From contig CAWDPO010000034.1 in NCBI GenBank assembly GCA_963804165.1, forward strand, positions 64,001 to 128,000: 64,000 bases of DNA. Direction: 5' to 3'. Made by a program: the position numbers and the translations under genes. The stretch is from an uncultured delta proteobacterium. Its GTDB lineage: Bacteria; Desulfobacterota; Binatia; UBA9968. Below, in pieces: positions 1-9,993 of this stretch (its first letter is position 1; every line of letters begins with the position of its first letter). A model generated the notes under the pieces. It was not told the origin of the DNA. It did not search any database and was given only the letters and a program-made list of their open reading frames with translations.

Positions 1-403
1 GCTGCAGTTTACGCACGTGGTTTGCCAGGGTTTGCCGGTGCGTTTCCCCAAGTTGAAATTAGCCTTTCTGGAAATCGGCGCGACATGGCTTCCATACTAT
101 TTGGACCGCTTGGATGAGCACTGGGAAAAACGCGCCAAACACGAGATGCCGCTGCTCAAGGAAAAGCCGAGCGATTTGGTGCGAAAATCAAAAATGTATT
201 TCAGCCTCGAATCCGGCGAGTCGCTGTTGCCCGAGTCGATCAAGTACCTTGGCGCAGAGCATTTTCTTTACGCCTCGGACATTCCGCACTGGGATAACGA
301 GTTCCCGGGCAATCTCCATGCGCTGAGAAATCATCCGCGCATTTCCGATGCGGATAAGGAAAAAATTCTTTACAGCAACGCAAAGGCACTATTCAGCTTG
401 TAA
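1..403 (+). CDS. amidohydrolase family protein (Amidohydro_2), 5' truncated by window edge
   Basis: LEIGATWLPYYLDRLDEHW and YASDIPHWD motifs; paralogous to 1627-2775. Confidence 0.85.
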   Translation, partial: LQFTHVVCQGLPVRFPKLKLAFLEIGATWLPYYLDRLDEHWEKRAKHEMPLLKEKPSDLVRKSKMYFSLESGESLLPESIKYLGAEHFLYASDIPHWDNEFPGNLHALRNHPRISDADKEKILYSNAKALFSL

Positions 404-440
404 AATGGTCTCGTCAGAATGGAATAGGAGTTAGCGCAGG

Positions 441-1439
441 GTGAAAGCACAAAAATTGAGTTTCCTATGTTTAGTGATCGCATGTTTGACGCTGCCGAAT
501 GCCGCGGCGGCAGCGGACAAGCTTGTAGCCCTCTATTCCGCCCATGCGGTGCCGTACTCGATGCCTTGGGTGGCCGAAGAACTGGGGCTGTTCAAAAAGC
601 ACGATATCGACTTTGATTTTGTTTATATCCCGTCTTCGTCCACCGCCACGGCGGCGATTCTCGGCGGCAACGTCGAGGTAGGCTTACTCGGCGGAGTGGG
701 CATCGTCAACGCGTACGTCAACGGCGCAACCGATTTGGTCTTCATCGGCAGCATCAAGAACGTCATGACACAAAGCGTGCTGGCGAAGCCGGAGATTACC
801 AAGCTCGAGCAGCTCAAGGGAAAACGAATCGGCGTGACGCGCATCGGCAGCAACACCCATTACTTTACTGTTCAAGCGTTTCGCCGCGCGGGGATGAATA
901 CGGAGCGGGATATCACCTTCATTCAAACCGGCGGAGAGGCGGAAACCGTGGGCGCTCTCGTGGCCGGGCGGATCGATGCTGCCACATTGTTGCCGCCCAG
1001 CGACGGTAAAGCGATCGCGCTCGGATTCCGTTATGTGGTCTTTGGCCCCGACATCGGGATTCCCTACGCGGCCTCAACGATTGCAACGCGCCGCTCATTG
1101 ATCGCCAAACGCGGCCCGGTGGTCGGTCGTTTTATGCGCGCGATGGCCGAGGCTTCAAGGTCGATGCATAGGGATCGAGAGCTCGTATATCGGGTGATGG
1201 AGAAGAAGCTGCGCATCAGAGACCGTAAAGTTTTGGATGACAGTTACACGATCGAGATGAAGGTGATGGAGCCGCGCTTGGAGCTCAAGGCGCCGGCGAT
1301 CCAGCCGATGATCGAGGAAGTTGCCAGAACCAATGCGCGCGCCAATGAAATCAAACCGCAAGACCTTATGGATCGGCGCTATCTAGCGGAAATGGAAAGC
1401 AGCGGGTTTTTCAATCAGCTGTGGAGCGAGAAGCGTTAG
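441..1439 (+). CDS. ABC transporter substrate-binding protein, NMT1/SsuA-like
   Basis: Signal peptide; LKGKRIGVTRIGS motif; AGGAG RBS upstream. Confidence 0.85.
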   Translation: MKAQKLSFLCLVIACLTLPNAAAAADKLVALYSAHAVPYSMPWVAEELGLFKKHDIDFDFVYIPSSSTATAAILGGNVEVGLLGGVGIVNAYVNGATDLVFIGSIKNVMTQSVLAKPEITKLEQLKGKRIGVTRIGSNTHYFTVQAFRRAGMNTERDITFIQTGGEAETVGALVAGRIDAATLLPPSDGKAIALGFRYVVFGPDIGIPYAASTIATRRSLIAKRGPVVGRFMRAMAEASRSMHRDRELVYRVMEKKLRIRDRKVLDDSYTIEMKVMEPRLELKAPAIQPMIEEVARTNARANEIKPQDLMDRRYLAEMESSGFFNQLWSEKR

Positions 1440-1457
1440 CGACTGAGCCGACTGAAC

Positions 1458-1626
1458 GACCCTCGGCTCCAAGCCGAGGGGTTCTGAATCTGTCGACTGG
1501 AAGTCGACTCTTTATTCCGTCATTCCGGCGGAATCCATGCGGTTTTTGCACTTGAGCCGAAACGAAGCTGGATGCCGGCGTTCGCCGGCATGACGAACCT
1601 CACTTCGCCTGAAGACGAGGGATTTC
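1458..1626. repeat. composite intergenic element: outer hairpins flanking a CGTCATTCCGGCG...CCGGCATGACG REP-like pair
   Basis: Hairpin ccctcggctccaagccgaggg 1460-1480; inner pair 1518-1595; second hairpin 1603-1620. Confidence 0.6.
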
Positions 1627-2775
1627 CTACCTCACCGGCAAATCATTTTCCTTCAAGTTGAACCAATTGCGTGCATTCTCGCCGAGGACATGGCGGAGTT
1701 TGTCTTCTGTCATCCCCGGGATCTTTTTCACTTCGTTGACGGAGTTCGGAAATTCCGAGTCCCAGTGCCGGTAGTCAGAGGCATACATCACTTGCGTGAT
1801 GCCGATATCGTCGAGCACATAAGGCAATATCGTTTCCTCGGGCTCGCAGGTGAAAGCGACTTGTGAGCTCTTGATGATTTCCGACGGTTTCCGTTTCAGC
1901 AACGGCCACTGCGGGCCCAGCTTGTGAAAGTGTTCATCCATCCGTTCCGACCAGAAGGGCAGCCAGCCGCAGGCGCCTTCCATGAAGCCGACTTTCAGCT
2001 TGGGATAGCGGTCGAAAACTCCTTCGCCGATCAGGTGCATGAGCGCGATCATGAGCTCGAACGGAAACGACGTCATGTGGACGTAGCTGTATTTCTCCAT
2101 GCGCTCGCTGCCGGCACCCATGACTCCCCATACGCCGTACTGACCGTCGTGTTCGGTCTGCGGGTGAACCGACAGCGGCATACCGATTTCCTGCGCCGCG
2201 GCATAGACCGGATCGAACATGCGATGGCCCAAATTGATGCCGTAGACATTGGTCGGCAGCATAGCGGTGACAATGGAGCGCTGCTGCGCGAGATATTCCA
2301 GTTCCTTGACGGCGGCCGGCGGATCCTGGACGGGGATCAGACCGACGCCTTTCAGTCTTTTTGGGTCCGGCGCTAAATATTCTTCGACAAGCCATCGGTT
2401 AGCCGCGTGACAAACGGCAGCGGCTAACGGTTTATCGGCCATGCCGTTGACCATCAATGCGATGGACGTGCCGAAAATCACGGCGACATCGATCCCTTCC
2501 TCATCCATGTCAGGCAATCGTTTCAACGGATCGGTCATGCCGGGACGACTGCGCTCGATATGCGACGCGAAAACCTCGCCGCGGTCCGCACCGCCGCCCC
2601 AGCGGCGCCGCCCGGCCAGCCGTCCTTCGACCATCAGGTGGGAATACCCCGAGCTATCGGTCACCCGATTGGGCGCGAGGTGGGCGAGTTCCTTGGGCAT
2701 CCACTTGCCAAGCTCGCTGTCCGGTTCATTGCAATGGCCATCGGCATCGATCACGATCTGGGTTGCCATAGTCAT
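1627..2775 (-). CDS. amidohydrolase family protein
   Basis: IDADGH, SVHP, FMEG and YASDYRHWD motifs. Confidence 0.9.
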   Translation of the reverse strand: MTMATQIVIDADGHCNEPDSELGKWMPKELAHLAPNRVTDSSGYSHLMVEGRLAGRRRWGGGADRGEVFASHIERSRPGMTDPLKRLPDMDEEGIDVAVIFGTSIALMVNGMADKPLAAAVCHAANRWLVEEYLAPDPKRLKGVGLIPVQDPPAAVKELEYLAQQRSIVTAMLPTNVYGINLGHRMFDPVYAAAQEIGMPLSVHPQTEHDGQYGVWGVMGAGSERMEKYSYVHMTSFPFELMIALMHLIGEGVFDRYPKLKVGFMEGACGWLPFWSERMDEHFHKLGPQWPLLKRKPSEIIKSSQVAFTCEPEETILPYVLDDIGITQVMYASDYRHWDSEFPNSVNEVKKIPGMTEDKLRHVLGENARNWFNLKENDLPVR

Positions 2776-2927
2776 TCCTTTCTGGTCGAAAAAGATTTGT
2801 TATCTTCCTAATCGGCTTCGCGCCAGAATTGCAACTTCATTCATCGCGTTGCGCGCTTGGCGATTGTTGGGTAACAGATCGTTATGGTACGCGACCTGGA
2901 AGTGAATAGAAATGATCGCGGCTGCGC

Positions 2928-3989
2928 CTAACGGACTGGTCCGGCGAACGTGAATGGAGGACTCATCTTGGGTAGACCGAAACCGCAACGCTCTAGCAGG
3001 TAACGGTCGAATTCATCATCGGTGGCAAATCTGAACCGCGCCGCGCCGGTTTGATCCCAAAGTTCCCGCGACGGCACCTGACACTGATGGCAATTCGTTT
3101 CGGTGGCGCAATTGTCGCTCGGCGCGCCGGTGAGGATCGTTGCGGTTGTGCCGATTCTCGGGTCCGTGCCGCGCGCGTCGGCGCGGACCGTAACACCCTT
3201 GCCGCGGTAATCGATACCCGGAAAGCGCCGTGCTTGGCGATCCGGAGTCAGATCGACCGGCGTTTCCGTAAGAACCCCGCCACGAATCTCGTGCGTGTCC
3301 GCATCGAACTCGATTTCTTCTCCGGTTGGCAGCATGACCAAGTTGCGGGTGCCGCTATTGACGATGGCCGGCAGAAACATGCGCGGGAAAAAAAGCATGA
3401 GGCTGTTCATGATTTCGCTCAAGCGAAATACGCGGTCGCGCGATGGTACCCAATCCGACACCATCAAATGAATGTCTTGACGAGCCCGCTCATCAAAGCG
3501 GAATTGAAAATCCCTGGTGAAAAACTGGTTTTTCAGTGCATCGCGTCTCGGCGTGAGGATGGGGTTGCCGCCATAGTTGGAAAATTCAAAGCCGACGATC
3601 TCGCCGCGGCGTGTCATGCGATACTGCCACGCGGCTTTGCGTAACGCTTCCGATGAACGCGCGCTGATGGTGGTATTGTATTCCACGCGGCGCGACGCCT
3701 GGTCTTTTGTCGGCGCGCCGATTAGTGATTCCGGCAGCAGCCTAACGATTGTTTCCTTATGTTGTTTAGGTGCGGTGGTGATGTCCGTTTCAGGGAGTTT
3801 GGCGACTTCGGTCGGCACGTCGGCCTTCGCCGCCTCGGTTTCCTGAACGTCGGACTGCGCTGCGGAATTCGGGGGGGCCGAAACCGGCGCCGAGCGACAC
3901 GCTGTGAACACGCACGGTGTTAAGGCGCACAGAAACAGCGCAATCGTTGCGGGTCGTAGCGTATTTCCAAGCACCGGCTTCATCACCAT
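2928..3989 (-). CDS. hypothetical lipoprotein
   Basis: Hydrophobic N-terminus with VFTAC lipobox-like site, low-complexity linker, globular C-terminal region. Confidence 0.65.
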   Translation of the reverse strand: MVMKPVLGNTLRPATIALFLCALTPCVFTACRSAPVSAPPNSAAQSDVQETEAAKADVPTEVAKLPETDITTAPKQHKETIVRLLPESLIGAPTKDQASRRVEYNTTISARSSEALRKAAWQYRMTRRGEIVGFEFSNYGGNPILTPRRDALKNQFFTRDFQFRFDERARQDIHLMVSDWVPSRDRVFRLSEIMNSLMLFFPRMFLPAIVNSGTRNLVMLPTGEEIEFDADTHEIRGGVLTETPVDLTPDRQARRFPGIDYRGKGVTVRADARGTDPRIGTTATILTGAPSDNCATETNCHQCQVPSRELWDQTGAARFRFATDDEFDRYLLERCGFGLPKMSPPFTFAGPVR

Positions 3990-4169
3990 CTCTACTGTTC
4001 GTTTTCGCTAACCTATTCTACCACACCCGCGCAACGTCTGTGCCCTACAAAACGCCGCTGGCGAGCACACGTGCGGCGCAAAAGCGTGCAAGAAAACGTA
4101 TTTGTGGTAGCGGCACAGGCACGGTCCGCGACGAATTTGACTGCGCCCATGAACAAAATAGACCGGGGA

Positions 4170-4805
4170 TTATCGCGTTTCATTGAGCTTGCCGATCTGC
4201 TCGGCGAGCTGGCCGGCGGTCATTACATAGCTCGGCGCAATCGGTAGGCCGGCAGACTCGAGAGCCTCGGCAACCCACGTGTTACAAGTTTTTACCAGAC
4301 TAAAGTTGTGGGTCGCCGGGTAAAAGCGGCTGTTGGCAACGAGCCCGGCGCTGGGTTGAGCGCGGCCAGTGCCCTGGCGTGAAAAAGTTTGCGCGATAAA
4401 ATCTTGCAATCGCGCATAGGCCGGGGCTGATAAATGCAGCTGGATTATCTCGGCGCGGCTATAGAAATATCTCACATCGCCGCTGAAACCGACGACGTGC
4501 AGCACGCTGCCGCTTGACCAAAGCGCCGCTTTGAGCGCCGAAAAAAATCCCGCGTCCGGGTTCGGAAAGTAATCTTTGTCGCCCCAGCTGAATTCGATGA
4601 AATGCGCTTGGGGAAAATCGACGAGCTCCGGCATGGCAGCGGATGATGTATCGCTTTTGGAAAGAACAATGGCGGCGTGCCAAGAGTCGTGGGCGATGAA
4701 TACCGATTTGCAGTTTCTTGGGGCGGTGGGGCACCCCCAATCCGTAGTTGGTCGTGCGCTTGCGTTAAGCAGCAAAAGGCTGATCAGTACGGCTGGCCAG
4801 ATCAT
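4170..4805 (-). CDS. DUF2459 domain protein
   Basis: WHAAIVL, FSWGDKDYF and KTCNTWVAEALESAG motifs; signal peptide. Confidence 0.8.
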   Translation of the reverse strand: MIWPAVLISLLLLNASARPTTDWGCPTAPRNCKSVFIAHDSWHAAIVLSKSDTSSAAMPELVDFPQAHFIEFSWGDKDYFPNPDAGFFSALKAALWSSGSVLHVVGFSGDVRYFYSRAEIIQLHLSAPAYARLQDFIAQTFSRQGTGRAQPSAGLVANSRFYPATHNFSLVKTCNTWVAEALESAGLPIAPSYVMTAGQLAEQIGKLNETR

Positions 4806-4889
4806 ACAGGGAAGACTGCGAAAACTCGCGAGCCCACTCGATTCGAGCAGCAGTAAGCGAGCTAACCAATGGCGACCGACGACCGACCG

Positions 4890-6377
4890 TCAGCGCACGG
4901 AGTGGCGCCGTTCCACGCGCAAGGTGAGACCCTTGCGCTTGATATAGACTTGCACGGGCGCCTTGCGTTTGCTGATTTGTTCGATCAACGTCACAAGCGG
5001 CGCCGCGGTCGTTGCATATTGTTGCTGCGCGCGAGCGCCTCGCATCGCCGCAACCGCCTCTGCGCCGGCAAAATAGTGGAGCATCTTATCGTCGTCAGTA
5101 ACCGACGTGCCGCCGAACTTCTGACGAAATTCCTTGAGCGTTATATCCGGAGGTTGATTACCGACGAGCTCTCTGGCTCTCGGCCCATTGACCAGGCGAT
5201 CTTTCAGATTCGGTTCGATCGATCGAGCTTCTTCTTCGCCCCAAAAACCCAGGGCATAGAGCAGTACCTCGTCGGTGACTTCCTTGTACCGTGTGCCGAC
5301 CATGACATTAATGGCAGCTTGCACGCCGAAAAATTGCGAATAGGGCGTGACCATGATCGGATAACCGAACTCGGCCCGGACGCGCGATACTTCCTCCAGG
5401 ACTGCGGGCAACTGGTCGAGCTTGCCGAGACTGGCAAGCTGAGAACGAAAATTCGAAATCATGCCGCCGGGAACTTGATGCAGCGGGTGAAAAGCATCGT
5501 ATTCCAACGGTTTGCCCATAGGCAAATTTTCTTGTTTGGCGATCGCAGTGAAATGGTCGCGTACCGGTTTGATCAAGTTTTCGTCGATCTGGGTCCGGTA
5601 GCCGAGAGCGCGCGCGTTCATGGCGACATTGAAGATCGACGGATTGGACGAGCCATCGGCGAGCGGCGGAATCGCCGTATTGATCGAAGTGATGCCCGCT
5701 TTGATGGCTTCGAGACAGCATAGCGAACCGAGACCGGTATTGCAGTGAGTGTGGAATTCGACCCGTTTATCTTTTGCTTCCCGCAGGATCAAAGGTGCCA
5801 GGCGGCGCGTGGTTTCGGGTGTGAGCAATCCGCCGGGATCCTTGAAGCAGATGCGCGCGACATCGAGCTCGGCGGCCGCGCGCGTTCTTTCGACGAAGTA
5901 CGCGTCGGTGTGCTTCGGAGAAATCGAATAGATAATGTTCAGGATGGTTTTAAGTCCGGCCCGTTTGGCGGTGTCAACCGCGTGCTTCCAATGAATCGGT
6001 GTGTTCGAAGGATCCGAGGTACGCAGCTCGTCGATGCCATTGGCGGCGAGCCGTTCGAGCCAAAGGTCGGCGACGGCCGGGGGCGTGATTTGAAACGCCA
6101 GCATCGAGCGGCTACGGATCGAGCGCAGCGGCGTCTTTCGAATTCTCCGCTTAAGTGAGCGGACTCGCTCCCATGGATCTTCCTTGAGATCGCGCACGCA
6201 TTTTTTAAAGAAAGCGGACGACATGACTTCGACGGCCTCGAAGCCGGCGCGGTCCAGCCGTTCGGCTATCGGCAGCATCATGCCCGTCCGCATATTGGAA
6301 GCCCACAAGCTCAAATGACCATCACGTAACGTGGTGTCGACGAAGAAAATTTTGCCGGGATGGCCTTGGTCTCTCAT
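4890..6377 (-). CDS. pyruvate/oxaloacetate carboxyltransferase (PycB/OadA-like) without biotinyl domain
   Basis: DTTLRDG, FKDPGG, HTHC, QVPGGM and YPIMVTPYSQF motifs; no EAMKM motif. Confidence 0.85.
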   Translation of the reverse strand: MRDQGHPGKIFFVDTTLRDGHLSLWASNMRTGMMLPIAERLDRAGFEAVEVMSSAFFKKCVRDLKEDPWERVRSLKRRIRKTPLRSIRSRSMLAFQITPPAVADLWLERLAANGIDELRTSDPSNTPIHWKHAVDTAKRAGLKTILNIIYSISPKHTDAYFVERTRAAAELDVARICFKDPGGLLTPETTRRLAPLILREAKDKRVEFHTHCNTGLGSLCCLEAIKAGITSINTAIPPLADGSSNPSIFNVAMNARALGYRTQIDENLIKPVRDHFTAIAKQENLPMGKPLEYDAFHPLHQVPGGMISNFRSQLASLGKLDQLPAVLEEVSRVRAEFGYPIMVTPYSQFFGVQAAINVMVGTRYKEVTDEVLLYALGFWGEEEARSIEPNLKDRLVNGPRARELVGNQPPDITLKEFRQKFGGTSVTDDDKMLHYFAGAEAVAAMRGARAQQQYATTAAPLVTLIEQISKRKAPVQVYIKRKGLTLRVERRHSVR

Positions 6378-6466
6378 GGGGTGTCAGCAACGGCTCCACG
6401 ATTTCCTAGTCGATCGATTGTCGTAATGGAGTCCGGGTTCTTTTCGCCCGTTAGCTGTCGATTTTG

Positions 6467-7438
6467 TCAGTATCCCTGTTTGCGCAATTTGTCGAGAATG
6501 CTCGTGTCGAAAACATCGCTTGGCTTGACTTTGGCAGCGGCGGCGTTGGTTTTCCGTTCCTGGTCCAACAACAATTCGATGCCGTTGCCGTCGGGGTATA
6601 AATCCTTATCGATCTCGCCCAGCAGTACTTCCTCATAATAGTTCTTGAGAAAAGCATCATTGTTGAGTTGCAAGTGGCGGGCAAGCACCTCGATGGTGCC
6701 GCTGGCATTTGAAAATACGTATCGGGTCGCGTCGATGAGCGCTCGGACGATATTTTCCGCGGTACGGGGGTTCTCACGAATGTACTTACGACGAGTAAAG
6801 TAGCCGGACGAAAAAAAATGAGGAATCACCGAAGCGTATTCCAGCACAGGATGGAACCCCAACTCTTTAGCGCGCAGAGTGAATGGAGGGCCAAGAGCCA
6901 CGCCGTCGACGCTGCCCGATTGGAGCATGGCGAGACGCGTCGGCTGGCCACCGACGGTTTGAACAAAGATGACATCTTTGCCGACCTGCATGCCGAGCTT
7001 TTCAAAGACAATTCGACCGGAATAATCCGGTCCGCTGCCCAGAGTGCCGATGGCGATCTTTTTGCCACGCAACTGCTGAGCCGATTTTATGCTTTTGTCG
7101 GCAAAGACGACAAAATTGATACGATTGCTAAGCGCCCCAATATACACAAGATCCGACCCGCTCAGATTGGCCTTAATCACCGCGGGTGAAGCCGAGATCG
7201 CGACGTGCAATCGGTCACTCAACATCTCCTGAACGACGCTACGGCCGCCAGGCATATATATGACGTTGGCGTCCAGGCGATGTTTTTTGAAAAAGCCGAC
7301 GTCCTTAGCAATCCAGAGCGGCGATTGGACGCCGATGAAGGAGCTGTAAGAAACGTTGATATTCTGGCAGCGTCCGTCGCCGGTCAACACCAGTAAGGTC
7401 AAAACCCCCAAGATAATTATTAAGCGAGATCGGACCAT
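6467..7438 (-). CDS. ABC transporter substrate-binding protein, NMT1-like
   Basis: Signal peptide; WIAKDVGFFKKH and LRGKKIAI motifs. Confidence 0.85.
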   Translation of the reverse strand: MVRSRLIIILGVLTLLVLTGDGRCQNINVSYSSFIGVQSPLWIAKDVGFFKKHRLDANVIYMPGGRSVVQEMLSDRLHVAISASPAVIKANLSGSDLVYIGALSNRINFVVFADKSIKSAQQLRGKKIAIGTLGSGPDYSGRIVFEKLGMQVGKDVIFVQTVGGQPTRLAMLQSGSVDGVALGPPFTLRAKELGFHPVLEYASVIPHFFSSGYFTRRKYIRENPRTAENIVRALIDATRYVFSNASGTIEVLARHLQLNNDAFLKNYYEEVLLGEIDKDLYPDGNGIELLLDQERKTNAAAAKVKPSDVFDTSILDKLRKQGY

Positions 7439-7509
7439 CGATGAAGCTCCGTTGTCTTAGTGACTGTTCCCGCCGCGGATCACCCGTGGAACGGCTAAAA
7501 CGTAAAATC

Positions 7510-7839
7510 TTAATCCACGTTCACGTATGCTCTGACCCACTCATGGGGAGTCGCGGTATGTCCCTGGCCGACTGTGTCCTCCGCGAGGAAGACATCACCC
7601 GGATAAAAACTCATGGTGGTGCCGTCACCCAGCCCGATATCGACGCTGCCCGAAAGCGTGATGACCCAACGGCGCCGCGGCGCCTTGTGGAAATTAACGA
7701 TGTGCCGCGCAAAGTCATTTCTAAACAACAGGCCCGTGGCTGGTCGTGTGGCGTTGAAAAACTCAGACCGGGCGGCCGAATCTAACGATTCAAAATGAGA
7801 TTGTTCGTCTGATCCGGAGTACAATCGACAAAACTTCAT
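7510..7839 (-). CDS. cupin-like small protein
   Basis: FHKAPRRRW...PGDVFLAEDTVGQGH; GGAGG RBS; paralog at 41348-41677. Confidence 0.75.
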   Translation of the reverse strand: MKFCRLYSGSDEQSHFESLDSAARSEFFNATRPATGLLFRNDFARHIVNFHKAPRRRWVITLSGSVDIGLGDGTTMSFYPGDVFLAEDTVGQGHTATPHEWVRAYVNVD

Positions 7840-7952
7840 CCCGACCTCCTGCGGAAGCGAGTCTTCAGGATATCATGATACCGCAATTGCTTCGTTCAAT
7901 GCGAGGCAAAAATGGCGTAAAACACGGCAGCGTCTTACGTGCGAGCCGGTAC

Positions 7953-7992
7953 GGGAGGAGGGTTGACTCGCGCGGCAGAGTCCACCCTCCCG
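7953..7992 (-). terminator. GC-rich hairpin just downstream of the 34-aa ORF
   Basis: gagggt-tgactc...gagtc-caccctc stem; no clear U-tract. Confidence 0.4.
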
Positions 7993-8005
7993 ACCGTTGC
8001 CGCGC

Positions 8006-8110
8006 TCAGGAGTGTATGAACGATTGAATCATTCCCCAAATTGTATAGATCAAGGTCACGCTGACGGTGCCCCAAATGACAAGTTTCAACCAAATCGGAA
8101 ACTCTTCCAT
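8006..8110 (-). CDS. 34-aa single-pass membrane protein MEEFPIWLKLVIWGTVSVTLIYTIWGMIQSFIHS (absent from ORF track)
   Basis: Manual translation; AAGGAG RBS upstream of ATG; one hydrophobic helix; followed by hairpin. Confidence 0.7.
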   Translation of the reverse strand: MEEFPIWLKLVIWGTVSVTLIYTIWGMIQSFIHS

Positions 8111-8243
8111 GTGTTTCTCCTTCTAACGAGTTATACACTTTCGCTGTTTCTGAAAACTTCGGCACGATCCGGCGGCAATGCGACGACAGCGATTTTCCAG
8201 CAGCTACCGGATGCTGATCGGTGCGGGTTAACGAGGCTATGGG

Positions 8244-8627
8244 TTAAATGAGGAGAACGGAGATCCGTTGGTAAATCGGGCGGTTATCCGCGCGAAGCCT
8301 TGCTTCGCTTCTGTCGGTCAGGCGCTCCACTGGGATCGACGAAACCGCCGTTGAATTAGCGGCGAAATAGGAGAGCAACGATACGAAGACATGCCGATGG
8401 TCGTCGTCAATATCGATTTGCTGGCCTAACGCGTTACCACTGTTTGTAACGCCGGCCGAAATCGTCTGGCCTGTTCCCCGCGCGGGATCGAAGGAAAAGT
8501 TTTGAAAAAACAGCGGCAAGAGCCAAACCAGGACGACAACGATGCTCTTCATTGCGACGCGTTTCATAACAACCATTCTACTAGCATCAGAAGGCCGTGG
8601 AAAATGCAAGTATCCGAGAGATGTCAC
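8244..8627 (-). CDS. hypothetical exported/leader-type protein ending PIYQRISVLLI; true start probably internal
   Basis: Signal-like segment MKSIVVVLVWLLPLF; DDDHRH patch; C-terminal LLI. Confidence 0.5.
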   Translation of the reverse strand: MTSLGYLHFPRPSDASRMVVMKRVAMKSIVVVLVWLLPLFFQNFSFDPARGTGQTISAGVTNSGNALGQQIDIDDDHRHVFVSLLSYFAANSTAVSSIPVERLTDRSEARLRADNRPIYQRISVLLI

Positions 8628-8793
8628 AGCAGCGCTATGGTCCGTAACGTTTGCCGCTGTCGTGTCGCCGTTTCATATGTGACGGCTATGCGGCGCATCC
8701 CGACACTTGTCTTCCGCTGCGTCAGAGGACTGAATCGCTATCGCCATCGGGATATGCTACCAGCTTAGACTGTTCGAGCATTCGCTTTTCTGT

Positions 8794-9441
8794 TTGATGG
8801 ACCCCATAACGACGAGACGCCTCTCGCCCGACCGTGACGCAGACAAAGCATCTTGGGCGGCAATCCGTGAGCTCTGTTGCCGCACCGGCGATAACGGTCG
8901 TGCCATTGCCAAGGAGCGCTGGGATTTCTTTCCCAAGATCTGGATCGATCCCTATGAACGACTCGTGCCGCAATGGACCTACGTCGCGATAGTTCAGGAA
9001 ACGATCGTTGGTTATCTTACAGGTTGTCCTGACTCAAGAAGGTTTGCCCGTTCGAAGGCGTGGCGAATCACGTTTCCGTTGTTGATGCAGATCAGCTTCG
9101 GCCGATATCGCGACACGACCGGCGCTCGTGAATTTGCCGGACGCGCCCTCGGTCTGAGCAAAAGGGCGGAACGCTCCTTTCCCCGCCGCCGCGATCAATC
9201 GATTGCCGATCTCTATCCTGCTCATCTTCACATCAACGTCGAGGCCGGTTATCGTCGCCGGGGAGTCGGCCGGCGACTGATTGAAAGCTATCTGGGCGAT
9301 CTCCGCCTGCAAAGCGTTTCGGGGGTGCACCTTTATTGCGGCCCAGATCCGGTCGAATTTTATCTGAGTTTGGGTTTCCAGGTTATCGAAGTTGCGCAGT
9401 TTCAAAACGGCGTAGTCTTCGCCCTTGGACGGCGATTGTGA
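8794..9441 (+). CDS. GNAT family acetyltransferase
   Basis: YPAHLHINV...YRRRGVGRRL acetyl-CoA motif; FYLSLGF. Confidence 0.85.
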   Translation: MMDPITTRRLSPDRDADKASWAAIRELCCRTGDNGRAIAKERWDFFPKIWIDPYERLVPQWTYVAIVQETIVGYLTGCPDSRRFARSKAWRITFPLLMQISFGRYRDTTGAREFAGRALGLSKRAERSFPRRRDQSIADLYPAHLHINVEAGYRRRGVGRRLIESYLGDLRLQSVSGVHLYCGPDPVEFYLSLGFQVIEVAQFQNGVVFALGRRL

Positions 9442-9622
9442 TACCGATCGTGATAGAGTGGAGCGGCTCGCTTGACGGTCGCAAGACGGATATCTAGAGT
9501 GGTGTTTCTGAAATCCGTCAAACTATGAAGTTTTTATTCCGGCCATGCCAGCGGTGACTGGCGCGAGTCCGAATCGAACAAGTCCAATGATGTGCGAATT
9601 TTTGGTCCATCGGCCGATGACG

Positions 9623-9993
9623 ATGCAAGCGCAGAATCCGCGCAGCAGCGAAGCCATGGATCTCAAGCGCGCCGTATTGTTGCAGCAGGGCAAGACCTTG
9701 TCGGAGCAGAACAAACTGACGGACTCGTTCGCCACGTTAACGGAACTCGCTAAACTCAGTCCTAAAGACAGGCGGTATCGTCGTTGCTCGGCAATGTTCG
9801 GGGGCGATTGGTGCAGCAACATTACAACCAAGGCATCAGGCTGTACCGCGAAGAAAAACTCGCCGCGGCAATCAGCGAATGGCGCAGCGTGCTCCAGTAC
9901 GAGCCCAATCACGAGGGCGCCAAAAGGAATATCGAGACGGCGGAGCGGCTGCTGAAAGGATTGCAAGAGCGACAGCAGAAACAGGGGCGTTAG
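9623..9993 (+). pseudogene. C-terminal fragment of TPR protein, frameshift near 9770
   Basis: ...LAKLSPKD continues in another frame as AVSSLLGNVRGRLVQQHYNQGIRLYREEKLAAAISEW (TPR-like); no convincing 5' end. Confidence 0.55.

Noticed and set aside
3070-3115. Heme c motif in the lipoprotein
   Set aside because: CHQCQ lacks the His required after the second Cys
7935-8165. 76-aa ORF from the track
   Set aside because: No RBS; the overlapping 34-aa frame has a strong RBS and a coherent TM helix
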